64,000 nucleotides of DNA, taken from assembly GCA_950097015.1 (NCBI GenBank), contig CATNEN010000024.1:6138001-6202000 (forward strand), given 5' to 3'. A model generated the notes under the pieces. That model did no database searches. It had not been told where the DNA came from and was given only the letters and a program-made list of their open reading frames with translations. The position numbers and the translations under genes were made by a program. Shown here in pieces: positions 36,621 to 50,634 of this stretch. This stretch comes from Macrostomum hystrix. Taxonomy: Eukaryota; Animalia; Platyhelminthes. How positions within the stretch are numbered: position 1 is the first letter of the stretch; each line of letters starts with the position of its first letter.

Positions 36621-39087
36621 GTTAAATTGTTGCCTGAACGCAATGACAAGTTAAATATAGATGACACTAAAAACTAAAATTGGTTATGCTAGCCTAATCT
36701 AATTAATAATCTGCTTTTCTTACATTGCTGCTTACCTAACCTTCAAACTAGTTTTTTTTCACTTTTAAATTAGTTACTTTAGAGTACTAAATATGCCAAT
36801 ATACAGTTGCCATGCACATGCAGGTAAGTTCTCAGAAAACAAAATCTAAACCTGCATCTATGGGATTCTATGCAATAATTTTGGCCCGATAAAATTTTAA
36901 ACTTTTGTATTTAAACTATGTATATATATTATTATACATAACACGATAAGCAGATTGCAGTCATCATATTTCATAGATTGGTGTACACAATCTAGTAATA
37001 AAAGTAAATGAATTATATGAACGCCAGTAGGCTTAAGTAATTAACACAAACACTCCGATCTGCTACGTATGCATACAAATGGCACATTCCAGTCGGACTT
37101 CAATGTAAATGACATTTAATAAACACTTGCTTAATTATGATATTTAACTTCATCCGAACTATGCAGAATGTTCTATCCGAAGATTAAAAAATTATAAGAA
37201 AACACATTTTTTAACAAAGTTGTTTTCTTTTGCTATCACTGTAGACATTTTCTGCTAATTTATCGTCCATTATTAATAAATCTGTTACATCACACTTTTT
37301 ATGTGCTTTTCTTAAATAGCAAAGCTATATTTAAACTAAACAATGACTTCTAGAAGAACCTAATAGAACTCTTCGAGGAAGTTATAGTGGTTCTAAAATC
37401 TATATCTCGCTCATCAAAATCAGAATAGGAGCATGCAGCACACAATGTTTGTACGCACAGCTAACTTCCCTTCCTTGCGTATTATTCTAAAATGAAGATA
37501 AATTATTTAGCTTTCAAATCAAACAAAAATGTAACACATTACGCACTCGGTCCCAATTCCATTCTGCAAAAATCCTGATCTCATTATGGCCAAATCCCCA
37601 ATCCGATAAAATATATATTATAAAATGTTGATTTAGGTTTTAAACCAAGTTTTGTGACAATTTACATTATTATATTGCACATTAGAAAAATAAAAGCGCA
37701 TTATGAGAAGACAAAACAATTAGGAGCTGTTAATCTTTTGTTCAGTTTATTTTATTGTCATAGAATCTCTAATCACCGCAAAGAGTACATTTTATGCAGG
37801 CCCGAAACAAAACTTAGTCGAAGCTGCAGTAGTAGTGCCAGCATAGCAGACATTTGTACAATTTATTTTATTTAGTATGCGAAATTAGAAGCTGGCAAAA
37901 AATGACAAGAAAAAGTAGGTTAAAAAGTAGCTATTAGAAAAAAGTTGCATTTTTGGATAAGCTAGGTAAGAATCTTAGCGCGTAAATAATCTTAGTTTAT
38001 TGAATAATTAACTTTAGTAGTATTTTAATCAGCTGACTTGTGACACCTGGTGCAGTAGGCATTTGATGAACTATGAACAACCGCTTCCCATTGCAGTAAA
38101 TGGCATGCTCGGTATTAAAATACAAAGCATTCCTGTATAGAAGATAAGTCATGCAAATTGACAAAAAATGAATCATTGACATGCGATAGAGATGGCTGAA
38201 CCGGCAGTGCAGTAACTCCAGTGGGTCCTGTCGCTTTCAATTGTGACATTAAAAAAAAGTATATATATAAAAAGCAATACTAAAGAATCTGTTCTTTACA
38301 GCCAAGCAAAAATTGAGAAAAAAACTGATAGCAGTTTTTTAATCCGTGTTTGTCAGGTCGCTATCAGATGATTAGACGCATTGCATTCGGTTGGGCTTCA
38401 TTAGCACCTATTGGGTAAAAAATAGATTTAACAAAGAGTTCTGCCACGACTGTACGACTTTAGCAAAAGAAAAAGAGAGAATACATTTTTGGTAGTCAAT
38501 ATGTTGAAGGCATTAGTGACGTCAACAAGCAGATTTCTCATAACTCAATTAGCTCTAAAAATCAGTTTTTAAAGGGTGAGCATAAGCGTATTAAAATGTT
38601 GAGTAATCCCATGTCATGGACCTCATCTAAGGGCTTTAGAAAATCGTTCCGGATAAGTAGCATAAATAAGCAACAGCACTTCACCAAACATGCTTGGAAT
38701 AACTATCAATAAGCTTGGGAACGAACCCCCTGCAATACTTTCAGCAGCTTTTTGGAACAGAATTTCCTGATTGTTCAAATGTATTCGCATTATCCTGTAC
38801 TTGTTGCAATTCCAGGTGTTAAAGTGTTCTTAGATTTAAATAGCCATGCACTAGTTAAACATACTTAATCAAGAGAGCAAGTTAAATACACAATAGCAGT
38901 ACTGCGATAGCAGAAAAGTACATGCTTATACGAAATCTCGATACGCAAAAATATTCAGCACGTAGAAAAAATGAAAACACACTGACTGATTGATTTGAAC
39001 TACCATCTCAAAATACAGAGAAAGAGCAAGTTTTTTTGCAATCCCATTTTGCATATAAATCAAATTAGGCTAGGCATTCAGAGTGGC

Positions 39088-42000
39088 TCAAGGATCAGCG
39101 GGCAGCAGGCCGATACTGGCGGCGAACTCCAGCAAGGCCAGGTGGCAGAACACGTACTGCTCAGCTGTCTGGATGGATCCCGCCCGCTGCTCTCTCAGTC
39201 TGCGCACGGTTCCCAGAAGGTCGACCTCGCCGGTGTCCAGAAGGCGCCGCATGGCGATGTCGACGGTCAGGAAGGTGCCGGTGCGCCCGATGCCGGCCGA
39301 GCAGTGCACCAGGGTCGGGCCGCGGCGCTCCTCGGAGACCTGGCGGACGCGGTCGAGGAACTTCAGGAAGGAGCCGGCGGCGTGGGGAATGCCAAAGTCA
39401 GGCCAGCTGGTGAACTGCAGGTGCGTCACTCGCCTCTGAGAGTCGCGCTGTGAGATCGTCAGCTCGCTGATCACCACGTCGTCGAGTTCGTCGACCGAGT
39501 CGCACGTCACCGTCACGCCTCCGTGGCTCTGCGACTCGCCGGCCGTCTGCGGCCAGTACGCTGCGCACTTTGTCCGACGACCTTCAACCAGGCGCGTCGT
39601 CATGACGACCACCCCGACGTCGTTCTGCCAGACCATCGACCAGAAGTCGGACACCGTGTTCGGCAGGGGGCCCTGCGGATGGATGAGGTTTCGGTGGGTG
39701 AAGCGGGTCTCTCGGCTACAGAGGCTGAAGGGATTTGAGCGACTTGTGCAGTTAATGGAATTAGTGATTGCCATTGGTTTGCCACTAGAAAGATTGTTCA
39801 AGTTGGGAGGCTGACTGTAGCGAGAGGGTAGATGCCAGGTGCTATTGGAGGGAAGCGGCATGGCTGAGAAGCTCATGACCAGCTCACCTGAGTGCAGATG
39901 TAGGCGCGGGGTTGCTGGTAGCCGTCCACCCAGTTCGCGTGCACATAGTCGCAGGCGCCGCCCTTTAGCTGAACCCGGCTGGCGTCCAGGCAGGGCACGT
40001 CGGCGTACCGGTTCTTCTCCCTGTTTCGGCGGAACGCCTCGCAGGGCCGGTCGCCGCCCCGGTCCGGGCCCAGCTTGCTGTTGAACTCCTCCACCAGGCC
40101 CTCGCGCTGCATGGCGGAGATGCGGGCGGCGAAGGCGTTCAGGCCGGCGGCGCATCGCTTCTTGCTGCTGGCCGAGCAGTCTTCTTCAGCGGCATCACAG
40201 TCGGCGCCCCTGGCGCGGCCGTCGCCGCTGCGTTTCTTAGACGGCGAATTTCCGCCGCTGATTCCTTCGACGCCGCATCCGCTCTGCCCGTCAATGCTGG
40301 GCGAGCGCTTGCGGCTGGAGGAGCCGCCACTGCTGCCGCTGGCGACTAGCACTGAGTCCGTCATGCTGCCAACGCTGACATCGACCAGCCAGTCAGCACC
40401 GCCGCCGTTGCCAGCGCTACCTGTATCGTCAGTCAAGCTGCTGGAGTCGGAGACAGCGCTGCTGGACATGCAGGTGACAGCGTTGAAGCCGCAGCTTCTG
40501 TTGAAATAGTCGGCTGGCAGTGGCCTGCCCATTCGTCGGCAAGCCTCGCGCAGCCAAGCCCGATGATCATGCGGTCGTGTGCCGCCCAGACTGCGAGGCA
40601 GAGCCTCCGGTGGCAGGTGGGTTGCCATGGAGACGCCGTTGACTATGAATACTCGGTCACGCAACTTTTCCCGAACAAACATTCGCAGGACCTGGTCGGG
40701 TTTGAGATAAAAAGACAGTAGACGACATTAGCTTTTTACTGACGTATTTAACAATCAGTGTGACCACAGTGAATTTTATATAATTAAGCAGTACAATTTT
40801 TTCGCGCAGTACCTTGTTGCATAGTTTTTCAAGTAAAAAGTATGCCCTTTGAAAAGAAGTTATTTAATTTATAAAAATGTATATTTACTGATAAAATAAC
40901 CCTACCTTGAAAAGGGTAAATCTTTTTAAGGGTGTTGGAAATAGTGTCTTTATTAAGTAGCATTAGTAACATTGAAATCAGAGTCAACAAATATTCGATT
41001 AATTCTTTTTCGCTCCTGGCAACTTGGCACTTAGACTTTTGGCTTCCGTAGTTTGCTGGTCCCTCGCATCTGCCTTTTGGAGCATCTCCTGAGCCGCTTT
41101 TACCATCTCGTCAATCATTTTCAGCAAGCAGCTTCGTCATCTTGTTTCTTTGTCCTCTCGTTCACTTTCTCACGCTGCATGTCCAGCTTTCATCTGAAGC
41201 CATTGCATCATCGCTTTGCATTTCTTTGCCTTCACAAGCGCTTCAGCCTTTGCACGGGCATCGAAGCTGAGGCGCAACATTGAGTGGTCAACGGCAAAAT
41301 CTGATGGCTCTTTTCCAAAGGCCTTGAGCACAGATTTAATGGACAAAAAGCAATCCAGAGTGTAATCGGCCAGCTGGTTTCGCTGTGTTTTTGAGATTAT
41401 TGGAAACTGTTTGGAAAGTGTTAGCAGTGCGGAAGTGTCTGCTCTAGAAATTGGAGTCGTTCAAGTGTTCTATCTCGTAGAGCTGTTTCGATTCTATCGG
41501 CAATGGGTTTCAACTTGCAAGCTGAAGTCATTGGCTTACTAAAAAAACTCATTGAGAGCGTCCCACTGCTCTAGCACGCGCCGGACAACCGCAAGCATCT
41601 GCAGCCATTGAGTTTCTACTCGTCTAATATAGACAAGCTGGACCAGCTGCATTGCGTCCTGGCCAAAGTTTTATAGGCCAAATACATCCGCAATAGGTTA
41701 AAATTACAGTTTTAGTGCATATAGCATTATTTGAGTGCATTTAAAAAATAGTTGCGCAATTGAGAAGAAAACTAAAAACAGTGCAAAATACTATAATAGT
41801 ACAGGTGTGGTCACACTATTAACGATATTCCCCGGCAAACCGAACATCATTGCACACTTGCTACATACGAGAAGACAATTGATAAAAAACTGCGCAAATT
41901 AGATGGATTGCATAGCAAAACCGGCTGGCAAATTCTAAAGGTAAATTGCTAGGCGACGCAATAACTATAATCGTAGATGTTAAAGTGCAGCCAAACGTAC

Positions 42001-45000
42001 TATTTAGACTTGTTAGCTACTTAAAACTTTTAAATGTGTCTACAAATTTTTTACTAACTTATGCGTGTTTAGTAGTCATCTGAAAGGGCAGAGTTCTTGT
42101 TGCATCTCCATTTGCCGGTCATTGTTATAATACGATAAGTTTCAGTTTCCTTGATTTTCATATTCCTCTATTGCTCGTTTGAAACAACCTTCATTACCTA
42201 TGAAGGCATTACCTTACCTTCAACCTATCACATTTAAAGTGATTTTTTGAAGTGGCTAAACAGGAGCGAGATCAGCTCACAAATATTTTCCACAGTGGGG
42301 GCTAAAGTTGCTAGTCAAATATACTAAAAATGCTTCTAGCCGTCCTACTTTTGTCTGGCATGCAAGTGGAACTACGAAATAAAGCAGATTTCTTATTTTT
42401 AACTCATTAAGAAAAGCAGGATGAATAGCCGAAACGTGAAATTTTAGACTCAGGTATTTGCGAAGAAGTACGGTTGGTTACACGAGATAAACCAACAGTG
42501 AAAAATCACCATGTGCTTTTTCATAGTTGTCGGTCATTTTTTGTGTACTCGCCGGACTTTTGAGTGACAGCACATTTCAAAGGACAATGAATAGAGGCGA
42601 CAAAGAATTAAAGTAAGGCCATTTTTAGCGATCTAGATTTCTCTTGATCGCTCAAAATGAGAATTTCGTCGCATTTGTCTATCAGAAATTCAATACACAC
42701 AGGCATAAAAAGGTCTAAAAGACACAAGCGTTTTGTTTTTGCTTTATTATGTGGTGACCACACACGGACTCTTCCCATAACATAGCGACTATCAGCAGAG
42801 CTCTAGAAAGGCGACTGATAAAGTTTTGGTAGATATGCCGACATTTCCGTGATACGCAACAGTCTGCAACAAACGATTGCAGGGAGGTCGTCGTCCGGGT
42901 TTATTGTGTGCCATACACTCTCAGCAAGGTCATAGTTTACTGATTTCAGTTTCTATTAGAACTGTCTATCTCAAAGTGGAAAATCAAACAATGTTGTTTC
43001 AGCAGTTCATCAATTAACAAATCTCCCCTCAAAACGCATCAACTAGATGGTGCTTTAGGATCGCGAGCATGATCAGTGTCCCACTGACACCACCATTGGT
43101 CAGAAGAGATCTACGCATTGCTGAGGCTTCCATGGTTATCACAGTGAAGAAATGCTTTTCTACTCTTCCAAATCTTCATTAAAACGGCAAGGCTCGTCTG
43201 CCGCTTTAACGTACGAGCTGTTTTAAGTAAAACGATTGACTTTACCACTATGACTATTAGGACCAATAGGACTAACGTTGCAGTGACGAACATTGTCGCC
43301 AGAGATAATGAGCATTATCTTTTGCATGCATATGATCGTAATAGACTGCAAAAGATTGAGTTTTACGAGTAATATACGAGTATATGAGCACATATAAGAT
43401 TGCTCACTCGAAAATTATTTCGTCTAAATTCGCTGGCGCCTAATTGAACGAACGAACGGATAAATGACTGGTAAAGTTTGAGATTATTTAACTGACTGAG
43501 CAGGGCATTGCTAGTAACGCATAAATACACTTAGTTAAGTAAGGCCAGAGTTACAAAGTGAATCAAGTGGAGGCAGAGCTGAGTTGAACGTACTCTACTT
43601 TCAGAAGTACATGCCTGGGAGGATTAAGCGATGGCAATGACAGTACAGCCCAAATAGACCTGCGATTGAGCCATTTAATCACAAAAGCTTTCATCATCAT
43701 AGGAAATAGCTTTCCATCTCAGCCTTGCAACTTATAAAAAGCCCTTCTAAGATGGAAAAATGAATCCTTCGTACTTTTCTCTCCAGCCCTTCTGAGATAA
43801 TTGAGCAAGTAGCGAGAAGGCTATATGGCCTCTATAAGTTAAGGCTGGTCAGATTATAGAATTGACCGCCAATAATAATATATGATTAATTTATTAAAAT
43901 AGATTTCGACTTCTATAGCGCATTCGGGTTAGCTGCACCAAAAATACCATTCGGAGTAATCAGTACTAAAACTTTATTTCCGAGAAAATAGCTTCAGCAC
44001 AACTTCTGTGCGATAAATATAACAACGCTGAGAAAATAGCGTCACATTATACAGCTCTAGAATATTTTGTACCAAATATGACAAAGGCCAGAACGTTGCA
44101 GTCTCTCTCATTCTCTGATGGTATTGAGTTTTTTCTTTCATTTTCTCTCTCGCCAGATTTTATTAACGCGCTTACCTTCTTAAACTAGAATAATTGTTCA
44201 GAGGCAAAAGTTAATCGTCAAGCTAACATTTAAGCACTCTCAAACTTTATAATGCAGTTTTTTATTTCTACTCCGGATTTCGCTTTTCACGCAAACCGGC
44301 TGCTGACTGGAAAGTTGTGAATACTGACGGGAAGGTTGTGAATACTGACTGGAAGGTTGTGAATACTGACTGGAAGGTTGTGAATACTGACTGGAAGGTT
44401 GTGAATACTGACGGGAAGGTTGTGACTATTGACTGGAAGGTTATGAATACTGACTGGAAGGTTGCGAATACTGACTGGAAAGTTGTGACTATTGACTGGA
44501 AGGTTGTGAATACTGACTGGAAGGTTGTGAGTACTGACTGGAAGGTTGTGAATACTGACTGGAAGGTTGTGAGTACTGACTGGAAGGTTATGAATACTGA
44601 CTGGAAAGTTTTGAATACTGACTGGAAAGTTGTGAATAATGACTGGAAAGTTTTGAATACTGACTGGAAGGTTGTGAATTCTGACTGGAAAGTTGTGAAT
44701 ACTGACTGGAAGGTTGTGACTACTGACTGGAAGGTTATGAATACTGACTGGAAGGTTGTGACTACTGACTGGAAGGTTATGAATACTGACTGGAAGGTTA
44801 TGAATACTGACTGGAAGGTTGTGACTACTGACTGGAAGGTTATGAATACTGACTGGAAGGTTGTGAGTGCTGATTGGAAGGTTATGAACACTGACTGGAA
44901 GGTTGTGAATACTGATTGGAAGGTTTTGAATACTGACTGGAAAGTTGTGAATACTGACTGGAAGGTTGTGAATACTGACTGGAAGGTTGTGAATACTGAC

Positions 45001-47327
45001 TGGAAGGTTGTGACTACTGACTGGAAGGTTATGAATACTGACTGGAAGGTTATGAATACTGACTGGAAGGTTGTGACTACTGACTGGAAGGTTATGAATA
45101 CTGACTGGAAGGTTGTGAGTGCTGATTGGAAGGTTATGAACACTGACTGGAAGGTTGTGAATACTGATTGGAAGGTTTTGAATACTGACTGGAAAGTTGT
45201 GAATACTGACTGGAAGGTTGTGAATACTGACTGGAAGGTTGTGAATACTGACTGGAAAGTTGTGAATACTGACTGGAAGGTTGTGAATACAGTTACGATT
45301 TTTATGATTGAACTGATAGATTTATAAAATTCGATCAGAGGCCTATGTCTAGTAATTAAAACCAGGGTTATTTAAAATGAAAGTACTCTTACTCCAAGTT
45401 ATAAATTCCAGAAACCGAATCAGGTATTTAGGTGAATCAAACCATCGCATATAGTTTAAAAGTACAAACAGAAAGGCAAACCAGAAAAGGCGCACATACA
45501 TCACTGGGTTTAGACTTATAATTAAATGCATGAAATCTAGCTAGCTAGCTGGACAATTTGTATAAATAGGAAAACCTGTGAATAGGAAGACCCGGCATTT
45601 TAAAGTCGGACAAAAATTGTCTTATGTGGTTGATAATTTTGGATACTTGTCCATGCGTTTCGATGCCAAGTGTTTAGCTGGACAACGTCTAACAGATGCA
45701 AATACACCCTAAACTAGAACATTCGGGCTCCAAGCCATCCAACCCACAGCAGTTGCCGGTACCTGTACCCAATGCAGCGTTTCCTGTGTACCTGTGCCGC
45801 ACCTGCCAGTCAAACAGTCTATCCGCGACTGCAATGACATGCTTAGCCAACTGTGCGGTAAAACTAAATCTAGTTACACACCAACTCGATTAAGCTGCGC
45901 ATGGGAATACGACATTTCTTGGGGGGGTCAAAAACCGCAACATTGTAGAGTCCAGAAACAAAGAAAACTACAGATTTTTTAAGCTAAAATTGAAAACTAA
46001 AATTTAAAGCTACTGTCAAGCCCTTTTGCCGCTTGTTCTTATACCAAGGGGATTCCCCCCTGACATTTTTTGGCAGCGCCTGAATGCTAAAAGCGTTAGG
46101 TGGTGACTGATTGGTTGACGGACAAGGCAATGGTGTCCTGTGGTTGAGCTGCGCCTAAAATTTAGGCTTGATCAGTAAAATTGGAGAAATTTGCATTACG
46201 GTGTCAATTGTGGCCTTCTTCCACCTGTTGTAGCCCATGAAGGTCCAGCAGTCCGTCTAGATAAAGGTAGGTGACCACCGAAGACGGAGATGATGCATGC
46301 ACATTCGGGTGACATGCTGATAAATTTTGAAGGCCTAGCAAGGCCGCACTGAGGCGTAGTGCTAATTCGTGCATAGGGGTGTATGAAATACACTAGCTCT
46401 TATGGAAAAATCTGACTTTCGCCAGAACCATTGAATATCTCGGCGGTACGAAGAGCTGGCGACTTGATTCTTGTTTCAGAAGATGCGCAACAAAATGTTG
46501 GCCCGTGATCTTGAGTTTAGTGTGCATGCATTGTTCCGTTCGGGTGCAGCGCAAAAATGTGTCAGGGGGGACGGGGGGAATTCCCCCACGGTAGTTCTAC
46601 TGTTAACCAGCGCAGTCTTAAGCTTAGTGGAAATCGGACCTCTCGTGATGTCGTAATTTATTGGAAAGCTGTCATTTTACAGTTTATCAAAATACAAGCT
46701 AATAGAAATAACTCAATTCAATACTCATATGACAGAAACGAAACTTACCTGGAATGGAGCCTTGAACCAGATTGGCGCGGTAACAATGAGCACCTTTTTT
46801 AATCTAGCCGGGTAATTGCCTTTGAGCATGTTTAGTATCTTAATGCTGAGATCGTAATCAAAGTTGCTATACTTCGATCCAGTCATGTCGTAGACAAACA
46901 CCAGGCCGTTCTCCTGTGCGGATTCCACAGCCAATGCTGCGTCTAATTGAAAGACGAGGCTCTTCAGAGTGTCCCTGTGCGTGGTCTCCGGCGGCCTGTG
47001 CCGACAGGCGGTGAACAGGGCTACTACGGCGTCGCTGGAGCTGAGGCCAGGCACAATGGTGAGCTTCTCGGACAGCAGCTCGGCCCGGACGCCTTCGTCG
47101 CAGGGATCGATGTGCTCAAAGCACTCTAGCCGGCGCAGTTTCTCGTGGGCGGCGAATAAATCAACGGCCCGCTGGGCGTCCCACTTTCGAGCGCGCAGAA
47201 ACTTCAAAGCCACCGTACGCTGCTGCGAGTCGGATAGGTGACGCAGCCGATCAGCGCACCTGGTAATCAGCCGCACCCGATCGAAGAAGTCCTGCACAGC
47301 CTGACATTGTTGAGGACGGTTGGTCAT
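39088..47327 (-). CDS. PTPN9: PTPN9/PTP-MEG2-like phosphatase (N-terminal Sec14/CRAL-TRIO + PTP domain). Exons 47327-46749, 40691-39888, 39672-39088; ~655 aa
   Basis: ALKFLRARKWD, LVFQLDAAL...QENGLVFVYDMTGSKYSNFD, YPARLKKVLIVTAPIWFKAPF (MEG2-type Sec14); KNRYADVPCLD, DYVHANWVDGY, YICTQ|GPLPNT..DFW, WPDFG, HCSAGIGRTG, QTAEQY. Both introns are GT-AG, phase 0. Confidence 0.93.
41100..41690 (-). mobile_element. Degenerate hAT-like transposase relic in PTPN9 intron 1
   Basis: Minus-strand fragments ETQWLQMLAVVRRVLEQWDALNEFF (cf. TRWLS...RVLEQW.AL..YF) and KTQRNQLADYTLDCFLSIK (cf. KTRNRL...TL..LL.IK). Confidence 0.55.
44303..45290 (+). repeat. 21-bp tandem repeat (ACTGACTGGAAGGTTGTGAAT)n, ~47 copies, in PTPN9 intron 1
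   Basis: Source of the TDWKVVN / TTFQSVF ORFs. Confidence 0.97.
45850..46616. mobile_element. Possible decayed MITE
   Basis: Imperfect inverted repeats: CCCCCTGACATTTTTTGGCAGCGCC (~46056) vs GGTGCAGCGCAAAAATGTGTCAGGGGG (~46543), and ACTGTGCGGTAAAAC vs GTTAACCAGCGCAGT at the ends. Confidence 0.3.
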
Positions 47328-50209
47328 TGTGCTACTCCTACATCATCTGCTCACTGTCACTAGCTTTAGTGCTTTCTCTGGCATCAGACACAACTATCTC
47401 CCAATCTATCAAATCCTGTTAGTTTTTTCCCTGGCATCAGACTCAACCATTTCCCAATCTAGCAAGTAAAGTTAGTGTTTTCTCTGGCAATTAAAATCTT
47501 TTTAAGGCTATATTGCTGACTAGTAACATTGCTAGAAAATTGTTTGGTAGGCATCGTGCCAACTGACTAGCTAAAATACAATTACTATGGTAGCAGCTAA
47601 AATACTATCTACATTGTAAACAATCAATAATTCCATAATTTTTATGTTAACATTTTGGATATGTCTGTCTTTTGCCAGTTGCAAGAAACTATATGTCAAG
47701 TTATTTAAATGTGTTCATTTAAAGACTAAAATAAACTAGTAAAAAGTAGGCTAAAAGCTATACCTAATTCAAGCCTCAAACAATTATTATGTACTAGCAT
47801 TTAGGAGATCTAAGCATTGGCTGTACCCATGATGTCCCATTTTTTAAGGAAAGGAAACATTTAAAATATGATAAAAAAGGCCTATAAGACTTGGATTTCA
47901 ACCAGAACCCAAAATTAAAAGCCCAAAAAAAGAAAAATCCTACCTATGCATCTATGCCCACAGTATTTATGCAAATAAAAGAACTATACTATCTCAAAAG
48001 TTTTATTATTCACATAAAGGTATAAAAAATCCAAAATAGAATGCAATTCTGCACTTTCAAGGTCTAGCAACTAAAATATAACACAATTTTGCAAAGCTAA
48101 TACAAAACAATTTGCTAACTATTATCCAGAGTACAGATCCCATAATATATACCCAAAAATACATACATTAGTATGTTGCACCAGATTTTGCCTACATGGT
48201 TGGTGCATGCTACTTGCTATATACCAAATGATTGCATACATGATCAGTATGCCTTTGCCACAAACTGAATTATTGACATCTATGCTTAGTGTTAAATGTA
48301 AGTAAAATGGACATAGAAGGCACTAACAGTGACAAGTAAACAAGGTTGTTGACAAGATAAAATTTTCTTAGGCCTAGTGCCAAAAATTAACCACATAATT
48401 TTTGGACTATAGGCAATTGATGTTCAAGCTTTATAAGACATAATTTTTTGGCATGAATTATACAGTTTAAGGCATGCAAAATTAACATTTTAGCCTACAT
48501 TAAAGTCCAGACATTTTAGACATACAATCAGTAGGATTATGGTTATAGGCTACATTAGTTACTAGGCCTGAGCACAAAAAAATATAACCATATTTTGTAG
48601 TCTTAATTTTTTTTAACTTTGTTAAACAAAATCCACTTTTATTTTTTTAATAATGCACTTTTGTTAGTAACAAAATCATCTATGATAAAAATGATTAAAT
48701 GAAGAAAAAACTCTCATCATGAATGGATGGACTATTATGACTTACTAGATAAAAAACGATGTTCTTAAACTGTTCCCAATATGCATAAGAGAAAAACAAA
48801 TACATCTTGATACTGGTTGGACTAGGCTATATACAGAGTAGGGCCTATTACAACCCTTATGGGCATTTATTGGCTAAATTTTATATTGAAATTTTCAATA
48901 ACTATATAGGTAGCTAATGGCAAAACAAGAAAACAAACTTAAATATGTAACAATTATTCAATATATTTTTAAAGCAAAACAACCACAAACTTACGGTTTC
49001 TTCACTTCTGCTTAATTTCCTTTCTTCGGTGTCTTCACATACACAATACCACAAGCTTATAGAACTGTTCTGTGACATTTAGCTATTTTCCGAACAAAAT
49101 AAAGAATATGTTTACAAGTAATGCAAACAAGTAGGTGGTGTAGTGTATATTTAGGATTGCCTAGAACTTCTGGTCATAGCTATCCGAATTTAATCCCTAG
49201 AGCCTATTAGCTTGACTACGCCTAGCTAAGAGAAGCCAGTCCGGCGAAAAGAAAAGAAACTGTAATAATATGGGAATCAGTAAGCCTGGCAAATCTGTTC
49301 CAATGACCAAGACGCAAAAGTTAATAAATATTTTATTTTACATGCAATGTCACTTAAGACGCTCATTAAAAATATGATTTTATACGAGTGAAACTATTAC
49401 CAGTTAGTTTACACAAATTAGTCAAGTGTAAGTCGAATGTGAACTTAACTGTCGCATTAACGCATTAATTAAAACGAAACATAAAATTTAAGCTTCAATG
49501 AAATTTCAAGCGATAGAACTTTCGTAAAGGAACCAACAAATGCTCAAAATATTTATCTTGACTACACTATTCGCTTTTTATTACCATAAGCGCGTATTAG
49601 TGCATCATATCTCTAATGTAAAGCCTAGCTACATTTATAAAGATTTGTTATATTTTTTATAAGGCTCAAACGATATTTCAAAACAAAAATATTCCATGAA
49701 TCGATAACCTAGGTCCTTAGTACTACAGTTTTTAGTTCAATTAAGATTAAGATTTTCCTTACGATATACTTATTCTTTTCAGCAGCATAACAAAAGCGCC
49801 GTGTTAAATTGCATGAATTTAGGAATACAGAATTGAAGACACAAATAAGAAAACTCGACAAGATTATACCTTTTGTATTAAAAAGTATATACTTACAGAT
49901 TAACCTTAGACAATTTTAACATGAAGCATTTTAGTGTAGCAGCTGCTTGTAGTTCAATCCCAGACTTCCCAGATATTTTTTAATTCACTGTTAAAAAACA
50001 GACACCCACACACATGTGTTTTTAGCAAAGCTACTTGTACATCACTATTTTATTTGAATAAAAAATGTTAGTTATTGTCAACAATGATGCTTACTCCTTG
50101 TTTAAATATTGCTCTACCGAAAATAGTTGTTAGAACCGAAAATTGCTGTTAGAACCAACAACAATCTTGCAGTCATATGGTAGTATAAATTTATAAGTTA
50201 CAATCCCTT

Positions 50210-50516
50210 ATTATTATTATTTTAATACACCTGCCCTAATTGCGACAGATGCGTAGCCGACAGCAGAGCCGCGGCTATTACAGTGCGCATCTGAAGGCTG
50301 CGTACAAATTTTCAGTCCATGGACTGGGAGGACCCAACACCCACCCTCAATTACCCCAGCTAATGCTGGTACCCATTTCACAGCTGGGTGAACTGTAGCA
50401 ATGCAGAGTTAAGTGTCTTGCTAAAGGGCACATATTGTTCCCGTAAAGTCAGGAATCGAACCCCCGACCTTCAAGTCATTATTCCGACGCTCTAACCACA
50501 AGGCTACAACCTCTCC
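50210..50516 (-). mobile_element. Full-length tRNA-derived SINE, family 2, with CORE-like central domain
   Basis: Minus strand: A box TAGCCTTGTGGTTAGAGC, B box GGTTCGATTCC, then GTGCCCTTTAGCAAGACACTTAACTC...CACCCAGCTGTGAAATGGGTACC (resembles the MIR/CORE domain GTGACCTTGGGCAAGTCACTTAACC...CATCTGTAAAATGGG), (AAT)n tail. Confidence 0.88.
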
Positions 50517-50634
50517 TTATATAGGTTAGACTGAGTGATATCCAGTGTTGAGTTTTGTGAGCACTGATGCCTTATTTACCTCATTAAAACATATCAGGTT
50601 TCGAATTAAACCCGATCATGCAGCTCTTAAACAA

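Noticed and set aside
39088-40155. 355-aa single-exon PTP ORF (and its twin 50766-51914)
   Set aside because: Reads through the 215-nt intron in the exon-3 frame; the KNRY-containing part is in another frame and joins through canonical CAG|GTGAGC...CCGCAG|GGC splicing.
38995-40509. Plus-strand ORFs overlapping PTPN9 (and equivalents over TMTC3, TTLL10 and the LINE)
   Set aside because: Antisense shadows of GC-rich coding sequence.
43111-43293. 60-aa ORF with a hydrophobic N-terminus
   Set aside because: Short, TTG-started, intronic; no splice or homology support.
44268-45327. TDWKVVN / TTFQSVF ORFs (336 and 291 aa)
   Set aside because: 21-bp tandem repeat inside PTPN9 intron 1, open on both strands.
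50440-50516. tRNA gene
   Set aside because: A/B boxes are present but there is no full cloverleaf or acceptor stem, and it continues into a CORE-like body and tail: a SINE head. The same holds for 57568-57616, 59130-59175 and 61325-61390.
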